Of a stretch of 29,738 bases of DNA, positions 1 through 9,277 are shown one piece after another. Location of the stretch: NCBI GenBank assembly GCA_046758155.1, contig JBHHZN010000001.1:1-29738 (forward strand). The letters are read 5' to 3'. This DNA comes from Acidobacteriota bacterium. Lineage in GTDB: Bacteria; Acidobacteriota; Polarisedimenticolia; JACPZX01; DASXTC01. Below the pieces are notes generated by a model. It had not been told where the DNA came from. It did no database searches and was given only the letters and a program-made list of their open reading frames with translations. A program made the position numbers and the translations under genes. Position 1 is the stretch's first letter, and every line of letters begins with the position of its first letter.

Positions 1-296
1 AGAAGGATCAAGATCAGGCTCGTGAACAGGACGAACGTGCTGCGCTCGGCCGGCGCGGGCACGATCCGCGTCCATCGCTTCTTGAACCATGGCCGCGCCA
101 TCGTGCTGTGCTGCACGGCGAAAAGACCCAGGAGCAACGCATCGAGGAGAAGCGCGCCAGCCGGGGAAACCGTGGGACCGGTGTCGATGGACTTCGGCAC
201 GATGAGACCCCCCACGAATCCGACCGCGTACATGAAGGTGACCAGGAAAATCCCGTAGACGAACACGCCATAAATAAGGATAAGGGTCCTGCCCAT
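1..296 (-). CDS. mddA: Methanethiol S-methyltransferase MddA-like membrane methyltransferase (NnrU/ICMT family), 5' part only; runs off the window edge
   Basis: Manual translation from ATG at 296 (SD GGAGGAGG just upstream): MGRTLILIYGVFVYGIFLVTFMYAVGFVGGLIVPKSIDTGPTVSPAGALLLDALLLGLFAVQHSTMARPWFKKRWTRIVPAPAERSTFVLFTSLILIL. The PKSID, LFAVQHSxMARPxFK and AERST motifs are typical of MddA. No stop codon before position 1, so it is not in the ORF track. Confidence 0.85.
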   Translation of the reverse strand, partial: MGRTLILIYGVFVYGIFLVTFMYAVGFVGGLIVPKSIDTGPTVSPAGALLLDALLLGLFAVQHSTMARPWFKKRWTRIVPAPAERSTFVLFTSLILIL

Positions 297-422
297 GCTA
301 CCTCCTCCAGAAAACCCCGCCTGGGGCGACTTCCGGCCCAGGGACCCGATTCTACAGTAAATGCCGGCGGCGCGATCAGGCGGCCCGGGGCGGTGGCATC
401 GGCGACGGCCACCCGGGAAGGG

Positions 423-794
423 TCACTCGGCCTCGTCGGGCCGGGGCGCGAAGGCGGGGAGACGCTTGCGGATGACGTACAGCAGCAGGCCGAGAATGAC
501 GAGGGTGACGCCGGCCCTGAGCGGTTCATGGCGCATCGCGTGCGTCACGGTGGCGCCGATCATGACCACCCCCAGCGCGATCGCCCCGTGGCCCGCGAGC
601 TGCGGGATCAGGACCAGGACCGCGCCGATCAGCTCGACGCCTCCGACCAGGATATAGAAATGGTCGGGATAGCCGGACTGCGCGAACATCTCGACGATCT
701 CCGCATTACCGGATAGCTTGCTGAGCGCCGCGATCAGGAACAAAATGCCCAGCAGGGCCTGCACCGACCACACGAGGACATCAGAGCCTCTCAT
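423..794 (-). CDS. DoxX family membrane protein
   Basis: 123 aa with four hydrophobic segments. LFLIAALSKL and GGVELIGAVLVLIP match the DoxX pattern. Confidence 0.8.
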   Translation of the reverse strand: MRGSDVLVWSVQALLGILFLIAALSKLSGNAEIVEMFAQSGYPDHFYILVGGVELIGAVLVLIPQLAGHGAIALGVVMIGATVTHAMRHEPLRAGVTLVILGLLLYVIRKRLPAFAPRPDEAE

Positions 795-802
795 CGGTTG
801 CC

Positions 803-808
803 ATTATA
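803..808 (-). promoter_or_regulatory. Perfect -10 hexamer (TATAAT) 8 nt upstream of the DoxX ATG; possible leaderless promoter
   Basis: The minus strand reads GGATATAATGGCAACCG-ATG(794). There is no SD between the -10 and the ATG and no recognisable -35. Confidence 0.45.
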
Positions 809-1008
809 TCCTCTCGCTGGCCGCTCCGCGCCGGTGACCGCCACCGTTCAGGGCGCGTCTCCGCGGTCGGCTCGCGCGGCGGCGGCCATTCCTCCCGGGG
901 TCGCTCTCGGCCGACGAGTCCACCCGCCCACCGGAGCGACAAGCCTCCCGTCGAATCACCGGCAGCACGCACCGCTCCGCCTGAGGATGAGACGGAAACC
1001 GGTTCCTC

Positions 1009-1995
1009 CTAACGGCCGACCGACCGGGTCACGGCCTGGACCATGCGAAACAGCTTCCGGGAAACCACGTAGTGTCGAACGGCGCGTTGCTCGGCACCGA
1101 AGCTTCTCTTGAATCGAACGACTCCTTCATGGCCGCCGCTGGGGTTGAAGTCGTAATAGAGGAAGCCACGCTCACACGCGTCCTTGATGACCTCGGCCTG
1201 CAGCAGGTTGCTCGGGCGGTAAGGGAAGAATCTCTCCATGGTCCCCCCGTGCCAGTAAACCCCATGCCGATTCCAGTAGAACACCCAGGCTCCGGCGATC
1301 ACATCTCCTTCGTGCTCGGCCAGCCACAGCTTCAGGTGGCCGGGATGCTCCCGGGCCAGCCGGTGGCCCTGCTCGAACAGCCCCACCGGGTACCGACTCG
1401 TGGCCCGCTGGCCCCAGCGGCGCAGCGAGTCCTCGTACACGCCATAGTAGGCGCGATAATCAGCCAGGGTTTCCGCCGCGCGGATGGTGACGCCCAGGCG
1501 CCGCGCCTTCCTGATGGAACGCCTGTTGGAATCGGAGAATCCCCCCAGCACGCTACTGCAGCCCGGCCCGAGCCGCAGGACCTGCGTGAAATCCTCGCGC
1601 GCAACGTGATCCTCCAGCTCCACGGGATCGGCCCCGAACGGGTTGCTGGTCAGTTGAAGCTGCGCGAGGCGAGGTTGTCCGAGCAGCGCCGCCTGGATCG
1701 CGCTTCGTTCGCGGTCTTCCAGGGGACCGTCGGCGATGGGGCCTCCGTAGCAGCCCGCGAAAGTGGAGACGTGATCGCGAAACAACCCCTTGACGTGGCG
1801 TCCGACCTCCAGAAGAGGCACCACCACCCGCACGCCGCTCGCCAGCGTGGCGCCCAGGCTGACATCCCGGTATCGCGGGAAGGTCCGGACGACGAGCCGG
1901 TGCCACAGGGGAGTGTGAAAGAAGGTGGCCTCACGCGAGGCGCGGGCCACATCGAACCAGAACTACTCGCCCACCGGCTGAAGGATCTCGGACAT
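1009..1995 (-). CDS. GNAT-fold FemAB/Acetyltransf_6-like protein, with an in-frame TAG at 1963-1965 near the N-terminus (uninterrupted ORF 1009..1950)
   Basis: ATFFHTPLW, RRSIRKARRLGV, IAGAWVF, YWHGG, NLLQAEVIKDACERG, YDFNPSGG and FKRSFGAE are the usual pattern of this family. ATG at 1995 with AGGAG upstream reads MSEILQPVGE*FWFDV in frame into the GTG at 1950. Confidence 0.75.
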
Positions 1996-2127
1996 GGCTC
2001 CTGGAGGACGGCCCCTCCGCATCATCGACCAACGGCGCGTTCAGGACACGCGATGAGAAAACCCGCCGTCGGCCCCCGACACGATCCCGGGTCGCGGCCA
2101 CCGCCTCACGCCGGGAGGCCGCGCCGG

Positions 2128-2156
2128 AATATGCAACGCGAGCATCCACCGGTCAA
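2128..2156 (-). promoter_or_regulatory. sigma70-type promoter for the GNAT gene
   Basis: Minus strand TTGACC (2156-2151), 17-nt spacer, CATATT (2133-2128). Confidence 0.5.
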
Positions 2157-2207
2157 GGCCGATCTCCGGCCACGGTGAATCGCGTGGCGGCTCTCGACCG
2201 GCCCGTT

Positions 2208-4439
2208 TCACCGTCTCGGCTCGAGGCGTCCTTCCCCCGCGGGGGGGAGAGCCGGCGGCCCATCCCGCCATCGGAACCGGGCTAGCCGGCGGAGCCGCCG
2301 ATCCGGCGTGTAGCTCGAGACCTCCACCATCTGCGCGCCGACATGCAGGACCAAGATCGATCCCTTCCCGAGGATCGCGCCCCGGCGCGCCGCGGGATCC
2401 CCCGGATCATCCAGCGAGCACGCGATCCTCAACGGCGGGTGCCCGCCCGCGGCGTCCGGCGTTCCCTCCGCCTCGCACGAGACCAGGCGGACCGGCCCGC
2501 TCCCGCCCCCACGGTCTGTCTCGTAGCCCTCCTCCCCCCCGCCGCCTCGGGGGAGGCCATGGCTGTCGCGGATCACGATCGTCACCGGGCGGGCGCCCGT
2601 CGCGACGCCGAGCGACGAGGCCCCAGGCTCGAAGGTAATCCTCACCTCACGTCCCATTTCCCGGACGGAAACCTGGCGGTGAGCCAGCGGCCACAGCAAG
2701 CCTGTCATGTCGAGCCCGAGGATCTGCTGCCACCGCCCCTTCGAGATGCCCCCACCGCCCGCGACCAGCACCTCGGCGAGACCCTGGCGATCGTCGAGAT
2801 CGTGGACGAGGCGCGCCAGACGGAACCGTTCGTTGGCGTCCATGCCGGAATCGACGACAACGGCGATCCGCTTGTCGCCGGATGCGGCGCGGACCGGATC
2901 GCAGACGACCCAGATCAAGCCCTCGGGGGCGGGACGACTTGCACACGGAAGGCCCGCGGCCTCCAGATCACGCATCATGGGACGGATGAGGAACCGCTGT
3001 CCGATGAAGATGTGCCGCAGCCGCGTCGTGGCCAGCACCTCGAGCTCCTCGCTCAACCTCTTGCTCTTCCAGAAAACAGGAGCCAGAGGAGGCCTCGCCC
3101 GGACCGTCTCGATGTCGGCGTCGAGATAGAAGCCCAGCCCGTAGATCTCCATGTCCACCACAACAAACTCGGTCCGTCCCGGCCGCACCTCCCCACGGAT
3201 CGACTCCGCGAGCCTTCGCGCGTCCGCACCGGTCGGGATCACGCCGGCGGCGAGCCGGGTGATCAGCAGCAGAGGGATCCAGACGGCAAGCAGGCGAGGT
3301 GTGGGCAGCGAGGATCGCCCTGCCGCGGACGACTCAGCGCCGGACGGGCCGCTCGAACGGATCGGCAGCACCGGCACCGTCGCGAGCGCCAAGGCCGGCA
3401 GGATCGGCAGGGCGTAGATGGGCATGCGGGATCGCGCCAGAAGCAGGACACACGTCGGCACGGCGACCCACAAGGTGAGAAACAGCCGCGCCGGGCACGA
3501 CCGGAGCCGCGAGCGCATCGCGGCCACGGACCTCACCAGTCTCTTCCAGCGCCAGAGGAAACACCAGGGGATCATGCCGGCGATCAACGCCGGAACATAA
3601 AGGAACGCGTTGTACCACGCCTCGTTGCGCTCGTGGATCCCGGTGAACACTCTCTGGTAGAACTCCGGTCCGAACAGGTAACTCGAGAGGCCGGGATGCC
3701 AGATCATCGCCGCGATGTACCATGGCAGGCCGATCGCCGCGAAGAGCGCGATCCCGGCGGGACTCAGCGGCCGCAAGCGGCGAGCACGCTGACCGGGAGC
3801 ACGCACCAGCGCCACGAAGGCCAGGATGACGAGCAGCGGGAGGAGGCCGGGAGGGCCCTTCGCGAGGAAGGCCACCGCCAGGCAGCCCCACATGCCCATC
3901 ATCCCGGCGCGGGCGCGGCGCGGGCTCTCGGCGATCCATCCACACCAGAAGCAAAGAAGAGATGCCGACGCCGCCAGCGCCAGCAGCGTGTCGGGCGTCA
4001 CGACGCTTGCCGCGAGGAACGGCCCGAGCGCCGTCGCGTAGACGATCCCCGCCCAGCGCCCCCGGCGTCGACCCCAGAGAACCGACCCGAACAGGGAAAC
4101 CACGAGGGCCGTGGCCAGGAAAGCAACGGCCTGGAAGAACCTCGCCCCCCATTCGTTCAGACCCAGGAGATGGAACCCGGCGGCGACCAGCCAGTACATC
4201 AGCGGAGGCTTGGTCAGGTGGGGCTCGTTGTGCAGCGTGGGCACGAGCCAGTTACTCGAGAGGATCATCTCCCGTCCGGCCTCGACGTACCGCGCCTCGG
4301 TCGGCTCGAGCAGCCCGGGGCTTCCCAGGAAGGCGAACGCAGCCACCAGGAGGATGGCCCAGCAAAGAACGCTACCCGGTATGGGCCTTCCGGAATCGGC
4401 GGAAGAAACCCGCGAAAAGGTCACGCCCCACCGTACCAC
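2208..4439 (-). CDS. ArnT-like GT-C (family 39/83) glycosyltransferase with an additional C-terminal soluble domain
   Basis: EARYVEAGREM, PTLHNEPHLTKPPLMYW, FLAKGPPGLLP, PWY and YALPILPALAL motifs, plus many TM segments. The exact start codon is uncertain. The sugar substrate is unknown, so no symbol is given. Confidence 0.85.
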   Translation of the reverse strand: MVRWGVTFSRVSSADSGRPIPGSVLCWAILLVAAFAFLGSPGLLEPTEARYVEAGREMILSSNWLVPTLHNEPHLTKPPLMYWLVAAGFHLLGLNEWGARFFQAVAFLATALVVSLFGSVLWGRRRGRWAGIVYATALGPFLAASVVTPDTLLALAASASLLCFWCGWIAESPRRARAGMMGMWGCLAVAFLAKGPPGLLPLLVILAFVALVRAPGQRARRLRPLSPAGIALFAAIGLPWYIAAMIWHPGLSSYLFGPEFYQRVFTGIHERNEAWYNAFLYVPALIAGMIPWCFLWRWKRLVRSVAAMRSRLRSCPARLFLTLWVAVPTCVLLLARSRMPIYALPILPALALATVPVLPIRSSGPSGAESSAAGRSSLPTPRLLAVWIPLLLITRLAAGVIPTGADARRLAESIRGEVRPGRTEFVVVDMEIYGLGFYLDADIETVRARPPLAPVFWKSKRLSEELEVLATTRLRHIFIGQRFLIRPMMRDLEAAGLPCASRPAPEGLIWVVCDPVRAASGDKRIAVVVDSGMDANERFRLARLVHDLDDRQGLAEVLVAGGGGISKGRWQQILGLDMTGLLWPLAHRQVSVREMGREVRITFEPGASSLGVATGARPVTIVIRDSHGLPRGGGGEEGYETDRGGGSGPVRLVSCEAEGTPDAAGGHPPLRIACSLDDPGDPAARRGAILGKGSILVLHVGAQMVEVSSYTPDRRLRRLARFRWRDGPPALPPAGEGRLEPRR

Positions 4440-4480
4440 ATGAAACCCGAGGAGCTTCGCCGGGACTGCACCCCGGGAAT

Positions 4481-4535
4481 CTTTACATATTTGTCATCTT
4501 CGGTTCAGCGGCAGGTCATTTGCGTGACCTATGGT
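4481..4535 (+). promoter_or_regulatory. Four 11-bp-spaced direct repeats (PhoB/OmpR-type boxes) followed by a -10-like hexamer
   Basis: CTTTAC (4481), TGTCAT (4492), GTTCAG (4503), GGTCAT (4514), then TATGGT at 4530-4535, 10 nt after the last repeat. This is the geometry of E. coli Pho-box promoters. Confidence 0.6.
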
Positions 4536-4572
4536 GATGCCGATCACGATCGATTCATGAGGAGTCGCGCGG

Positions 4573-5949
4573 ATGCAGGTTGCTCGGCCGATGAAACTCG
4601 ACGCAACGCGGGATCGCAGCGGGAAGTACGCCCTCCACGTCAATCCGGCCTGGGTCCGGCTGCTCAACGTGCTGGGAATGAACACCACCTACGTCCGCTG
4701 CCAGGGCTCGGAGCTGGAGACAGCCGACGGCCGGCTGGTACTGGATTTCCTCTCCGGGTACTGCGTTTACAACATGGGGCACAACCACCCGGACATCATC
4801 GCGGAGATCGAGGACGAGCTGCGCGGCCTCCGGCCCCATATGCTGCAGAGCCACGTCTCCTTGCTGGCCGGCGAACTGGCCGAGCGGCTCTGCGATCTCG
4901 CCGGCAGGAGGCTGAAGAAGGTTTTCTTCACGAGCTCCGGGAGCGAGGGGATCGAGACGGTCATCAAGTTCGCCCGCGCGGTCACGGGCCGCGATGGGCT
5001 GCTGTATTGCCGGGGGGCTTTTCACGGCCTGACCAACGGGGCGCTTTCCCTGATGGGCGACCCCTGGTGGCGCGAGGGGTTCGGGCCGCTGCTCCCGCAC
5101 GCTCACGAGGTGGAATTCGGCGACATCGAGGCGCTCGAGGAAAAGCTGGCCACGCGGCGGATCGCGGTCTTTCTCGTCGAGCCCGTTCAGGCCGAGGCGG
5201 GCATCCGTCTCCCGCCCGACGGGTACCTGCGCGAGGCGCAGGCGTTGTGCCACCGGCACGGGACCTTGTTCGCTCTCGATGAAGTTCAGACCGGACTCTT
5301 CCGCACCGGGCCCTTCCTGGCGGCGCACAACGACAGGCTGGATCCGGACATGGTGGTGCTCGCCAAGGCTCTCAGCGGCGGGTTGATCCCGACGGGCGCG
5401 GTGCTGATGAGCGACGCCATCAGTCGTGGCATCTACAGCTCACTCTCACGATCGTTCATCCAGGCTTCGACCTTCGGTGAGAACAACCTGTCGATGCGTG
5501 CCGGCCTGGCGACCCTGCGAGTCCTGGAGAAAGAGAAGCTTGGCGACCGCGCCCGGGTGCTGGGCGAATACATGAGGCGCCGTTTGACCGAGGAGCTCGG
5601 AGAGTTCGAGATGATCGCGGGGGTGCGCGGCCTCGGCTTGCTCGACGGCATCGTCTTCCGTCCCCCCCACGGCCTGAAGTTGCGCACCTTCCATGCCGCT
5701 TTCACCAGGATCCACCCGGGGATGTTCGGGCAAATGGTCGTCAGCGATCTTTTCCGCGGCAGGAACATCCTGACCCAGATCTGCGGCAACAATCACATGG
5801 TCCTGAAAGCGGCCCCACCCCTGGTTGTCACCAAACATCAGGTGGATCGCTTCGTCGGGGCGCTGCGCGGCTGCATGCAGGCCGTCCACAAGGGAATCGC
5901 CTTCTGGAAGGGTGGGCTGGCGATGATCCCGCGATCGGCGCGAGCATAG
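4573..5949 (+). CDS. Class-III PLP aminotransferase, HpnO-like (aminobacteriohopanetriol aminotransferase subfamily)
   Basis: LDFLSGY, GHNHP, KVFFTSSGSEG, AFHG, EPVQAE, DEVQTG and the PLP lysine in LAKALSGG. The N-terminal YALHVNP..LG and C-terminal FGQMVVSDLF..ILTQICG..VLK segments resemble HpnO as I recall it. SD AGGAG lies upstream. Confidence 0.8.
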   Translation: MQVARPMKLDATRDRSGKYALHVNPAWVRLLNVLGMNTTYVRCQGSELETADGRLVLDFLSGYCVYNMGHNHPDIIAEIEDELRGLRPHMLQSHVSLLAGELAERLCDLAGRRLKKVFFTSSGSEGIETVIKFARAVTGRDGLLYCRGAFHGLTNGALSLMGDPWWREGFGPLLPHAHEVEFGDIEALEEKLATRRIAVFLVEPVQAEAGIRLPPDGYLREAQALCHRHGTLFALDEVQTGLFRTGPFLAAHNDRLDPDMVVLAKALSGGLIPTGAVLMSDAISRGIYSSLSRSFIQASTFGENNLSMRAGLATLRVLEKEKLGDRARVLGEYMRRRLTEELGEFEMIAGVRGLGLLDGIVFRPPHGLKLRTFHAAFTRIHPGMFGQMVVSDLFRGRNILTQICGNNHMVLKAAPPLVVTKHQVDRFVGALRGCMQAVHKGIAFWKGGLAMIPRSARA

Positions 5950-6043
5950 CGGCCGCCGGTTCGGCCGGCGCGGCGCCGGCTCCACCCCGTCGGCCGCTGG
6001 CGTCGGGGCGTCGCTTGAGGCTAAGATTCCTTCCACGGTCCTC

Positions 6044-6721
6044 ATGCGCCTCTATCTGATCGAAGACGATCTCGAGATCCAGACCTTCCTCCGGCACGCT
6101 CTGACAGAGGAGGGACACATCGTCGATGTGGCCGGCAGCGCCGAAGAGGCGCAGGCGGCCATCGGCGACCTGACCCATGATCTGCTGATCGTGGATCTGA
6201 ATCTCCCCGGCATGGACGGCCTGGATTTCATCCAGAGCTGCCGCAGCAAGGGGGTCTCGGCCCCCGTCCTGATACTCTCCGCTCGCCGGTCCGTGGACCA
6301 GAGGGTCCTCGGGCTCGAAAGAGGGGGAGACGACTACCTCACGAAACCGTTTTCCCTGGCCGAGCTGCTCGCCCGTATCCGCGCGCTGCTCCGGCGCTCG
6401 AGCCCGGCACAGGGTGATCCCCGTGTCCTGAGGGCCGGCGACCTCGAGATCGATCTCCTGCGGCACGAAGCAAGGCGGGGGGATCGGCGTCTGCAGCTCA
6501 CCGCGAAGGAATTCCAGTTGCTGGAGTACCTGTGCCGGAACAAGGGGCGTGTCGTGACGAGAACGATGATCCTCGACAGGGTGTGGGGTATGCGCTTCGA
6601 TCCGGCCACCAACGTGGTGGACGTCCACATCCACAGATTGCGCGGGAAGGTCGATCAACAAGGCGAGCGGCAGTTGATCCACACGCATCGTGGAACGGGG
6701 CACTTCCTGGAGGAACGATGA
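6044..6721 (+). CDS. OmpR-family (CusR/CzcR-like) response regulator
   Basis: Receiver IEDD, DLNLPGMDG and DDYLTKPF; winged-helix NVVDVHIHRLRGKVD and HTHRGTG. Confidence 0.92.
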   Translation: MRLYLIEDDLEIQTFLRHALTEEGHIVDVAGSAEEAQAAIGDLTHDLLIVDLNLPGMDGLDFIQSCRSKGVSAPVLILSARRSVDQRVLGLERGGDDYLTKPFSLAELLARIRALLRRSSPAQGDPRVLRAGDLEIDLLRHEARRGDRRLQLTAKEFQLLEYLCRNKGRVVTRTMILDRVWGMRFDPATNVVDVHIHRLRGKVDQQGERQLIHTHRGTGHFLEER

Positions 6722-6722
6722 C

Positions 6723-8144
6723 ATGTTCCGCAAGACTGCGGCCTGGCGTCTCTCCATGCTCACGACGATCGCCTTCGCCATCGGGACTGCAGCATCGCTC
6801 GTCATCGCTCATCTCATGGTTTCTCATACCATCCGGGAACGCAGCGACGTCTGGCTGCGGGGAGAGATCGAGGTGCTGGCCGACATCACCGAGATCACCC
6901 AGCCGACGGGGGCGCGCATCCAGCAACTGAAAAACGCCGCCGAGCTCGCGCTGCAGGAGGTGGCACCGAAGACGGCGGGCCAGGGCTCCCCCGGGGTGCC
7001 CGTCTTCTTCCTCGCCACGGCACGCGACGGGCATCCGTTGCTCTGGCTGGGCCCGGACCGGATGCAGCCGTTTCTCGACGCTCTGGCCACCGAAGACACG
7101 TTCCACGAGGACCCTCGCACGGTCGAGATCGACGGATGGAACCTTCCGTTCCGCGTCGCCAGCGGCAGGACCTCCAGCGGCGAAGAGGTCTTCCTGGGTC
7201 TTTCCGATGAGAACGCGCTGATCGTCATCCACAAGATGGCATGGACGTTCGGTGAAGTGTGGCTCGGGATGGTCGTCTTCGGGCTGATGGTTTCCTTCCT
7301 GAACGCCCGGGGCATCCTGCGGCGGGTGGACCGCATCACGGAGACCGCGGCACAGGTGGGAAGCGAGGAGCTGCAAAAACGGGTGCCCGATGTGGGAGGT
7401 TCCGATGAAATCGCGCGCCTGACCGCTACGTTCAACAGCATGCTGGACCGCATCGAGAACGCCGTCGAACAGATCCACGCCATCTCCGACGGCGTCGCGC
7501 ATGATCTTCTCAGCCCGGTCACCTCCGTGCGCGGAACGCTCGAGATGGCCCTGACGAACGGGAAGCCCGAGAATCTGCGCGAGGCCGCCGCCACGGCCAT
7601 CGACGGGCTGGACCGCCTGCTTCGGATCCTGAATTCCTCCCTGGACATGGCGGAGGCCGAGGCGGGGGCCCTGCGGCTGCATCGCGAAGACGTCGATCTC
7701 GGAGACATCGCCACGGAGATGATCGAGATCTACCAGCCGGCGGCCGAGGAGCATGGCCTGACGCTGCGGGGGGAATCCAACGGCACGGCCCTCGCCCTCG
7801 TGGACCCGGACCTGACACGCCGTGCCCTGGCGAACCTGCTGGATAACGCTCTGCAGTACCTTCCCCGCGGGAGACATGTCGTCGTCTCCGCAAAGCGCGG
7901 CCCGCACGCGGTCGAATTGACCGTCGCCGACGACGGCCCCGGGTTCCCTCACGAACTGCGGGGGAAGATCTTCGAACGCTACGTGAAAGGACCCCATTCG
8001 CGCGGGTTCGGCATCGGGCTGTCGCTCGTGCGTGCCATCGCACGCGCCAACGGCGGGGAAGCCAGCATCGGGGTCAGCAGCGCCGGGGGAGGGCTCGTGA
8101 CGCTGTCGTTTCCACGAGCGGGCGGGATGAACAAAATGTCATGA
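6723..8144 (+). CDS. HAMP-domain sensor histidine kinase
   Basis: Two TM segments, HAMP (DEIARLTATFNSML), H-box HDLLSP, N-box NLLDNALQY, DDGPG and GFGIGLSLV. Start taken as ATG 6723 behind GGAGG. Confidence 0.9.
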   Translation: MFRKTAAWRLSMLTTIAFAIGTAASLVIAHLMVSHTIRERSDVWLRGEIEVLADITEITQPTGARIQQLKNAAELALQEVAPKTAGQGSPGVPVFFLATARDGHPLLWLGPDRMQPFLDALATEDTFHEDPRTVEIDGWNLPFRVASGRTSSGEEVFLGLSDENALIVIHKMAWTFGEVWLGMVVFGLMVSFLNARGILRRVDRITETAAQVGSEELQKRVPDVGGSDEIARLTATFNSMLDRIENAVEQIHAISDGVAHDLLSPVTSVRGTLEMALTNGKPENLREAAATAIDGLDRLLRILNSSLDMAEAEAGALRLHREDVDLGDIATEMIEIYQPAAEEHGLTLRGESNGTALALVDPDLTRRALANLLDNALQYLPRGRHVVVSAKRGPHAVELTVADDGPGFPHELRGKIFERYVKGPHSRGFGIGLSLVRAIARANGGEASIGVSSAGGGLVTLSFPRAGGMNKMS

Positions 8145-8188
8145 GAACGCAAGGTCCCTTTCAGATATGTCCATTATGATGCCTCACG

Positions 8189-9277
8189 ATGCGCTCTGAG
8201 AGCGAGACCGGGGGCAATGGCACCGTGGCGCGGATCGCCGCCGTGGGCGAGGCGTTCCCGGAGTATTACTACAGGCAGGCGGAGATCTTGGAGGCGCTCG
8301 AGCGGATCTGGGGAGATAGGGACCTCGACATGGTGAAGCTGGAGCGCCTCCATCGCCACGCGGCGGTGAGAGGCCGCCATCTGGCCCTGCCCCTGGAAGC
8401 GTATCAGCAGCAGCCACGCTGGGGAGACGCCAACGACACCTGGATACGGATCGCCGATGAGCTGGGCGGCCGGGCGGTCCTGGCGGCGCTGACGGCGGCT
8501 GGGCTCGGGATCGCCGACGTGGGCACGCTGATATTCACCTCGGTGACGGGCCTGGCGACCCCCTCCATCGATGCACGCCTGGTCAACCGACTCGGCCTCT
8601 CCCCCGGCGTGAAGCGGCTGCCGCTGTTCGGACTGGGTTGCGTCGCGGGGGCGGCGGGCATCGCACGCTGCGCCGATCTCGCGAAAGGCGATGCCGACGC
8701 CGTCATCGTCCTGCTCTCGGTGGAACTGTGCTCGCTCACCTTCCAGTACGATGACCTGTCGGTACCCAACCAGGTCGCCGCCGGTCTGTTCGGCGATGGG
8801 GCCGCGGCCGCCGTGATCGTCGGCAGGAACCGACCCGCGGACGGTCCCTGCGTGGTGGCCACCCGGTCTGTCTTTTACCCCGACACCGTGGAGGCCATGG
8901 GATGGCGGATCTCGGAAAAAGGATTCCAGCTGCTGCTCTCACGGGAGATCCCGACGTTGATCCGCCGGCATCTGGGCGAGGACGTGGATCGGTTCCTCGC
9001 CGAGTCGAGCCTGGGCCGTCGCGACATCACGACCTGGATGGCTCACTCGGGAGGTCCGCGGATCCTCTCGGCGGTGAAGGAAACGCTCGATCTGTCCGAT
9101 GAGGCTCTTGCCGTCACGTGGGAGAGTTTGCGTAGCGTGGGCAATATCTCCTCGGCATCCATTCTGCACGTGCTCAAGCGCACGATGGAGCAGCGGCGGC
9201 CTCCGCGGGGATCGCTCGGCCTGCTGTTCGCCATGGGGCCGGGATTTTGTGCGGAGCTGGTGCTGGTGCGATGGTAA
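8189..9277 (+). CDS. Type III polyketide synthase (SrsA/BpsA-like alkylresorcinol/alkylpyrone synthase group)
   Basis: Cys-His-Asn triad in GLGCVAG, HSGG and GNISSAS; also LFGDGAAA and the C-terminal AMGPGFCAELVLVRW. Confidence 0.92.
   Translation: MRSESETGGNGTVARIAAVGEAFPEYYYRQAEILEALERIWGDRDLDMVKLERLHRHAAVRGRHLALPLEAYQQQPRWGDANDTWIRIADELGGRAVLAALTAAGLGIADVGTLIFTSVTGLATPSIDARLVNRLGLSPGVKRLPLFGLGCVAGAAGIARCADLAKGDADAVIVLLSVELCSLTFQYDDLSVPNQVAAGLFGDGAAAAVIVGRNRPADGPCVVATRSVFYPDTVEAMGWRISEKGFQLLLSREIPTLIRRHLGEDVDRFLAESSLGRRDITTWMAHSGGPRILSAVKETLDLSDEALAVTWESLRSVGNISSASILHVLKRTMEQRRPPRGSLGLLFAMGPGFCAELVLVRW

Noticed and set aside
2343-5282. 979-aa plus-strand ORF and other long ORFs such as 11957..13714, 20195..22636, 15846..17114 and 1072..2178
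   Set aside because: These are antisense or off-frame shadows of well-supported genes in high-GC DNA. They are R/P/G/A-rich and show no family motifs.
8137-8175. Possible OmpR/Pho boxes upstream of the PKS (TGTCAT at 8137, TTTCAG at 8159)
   Set aside because: The intermediate and following positions break the 11-bp register, so the signal is too weak.
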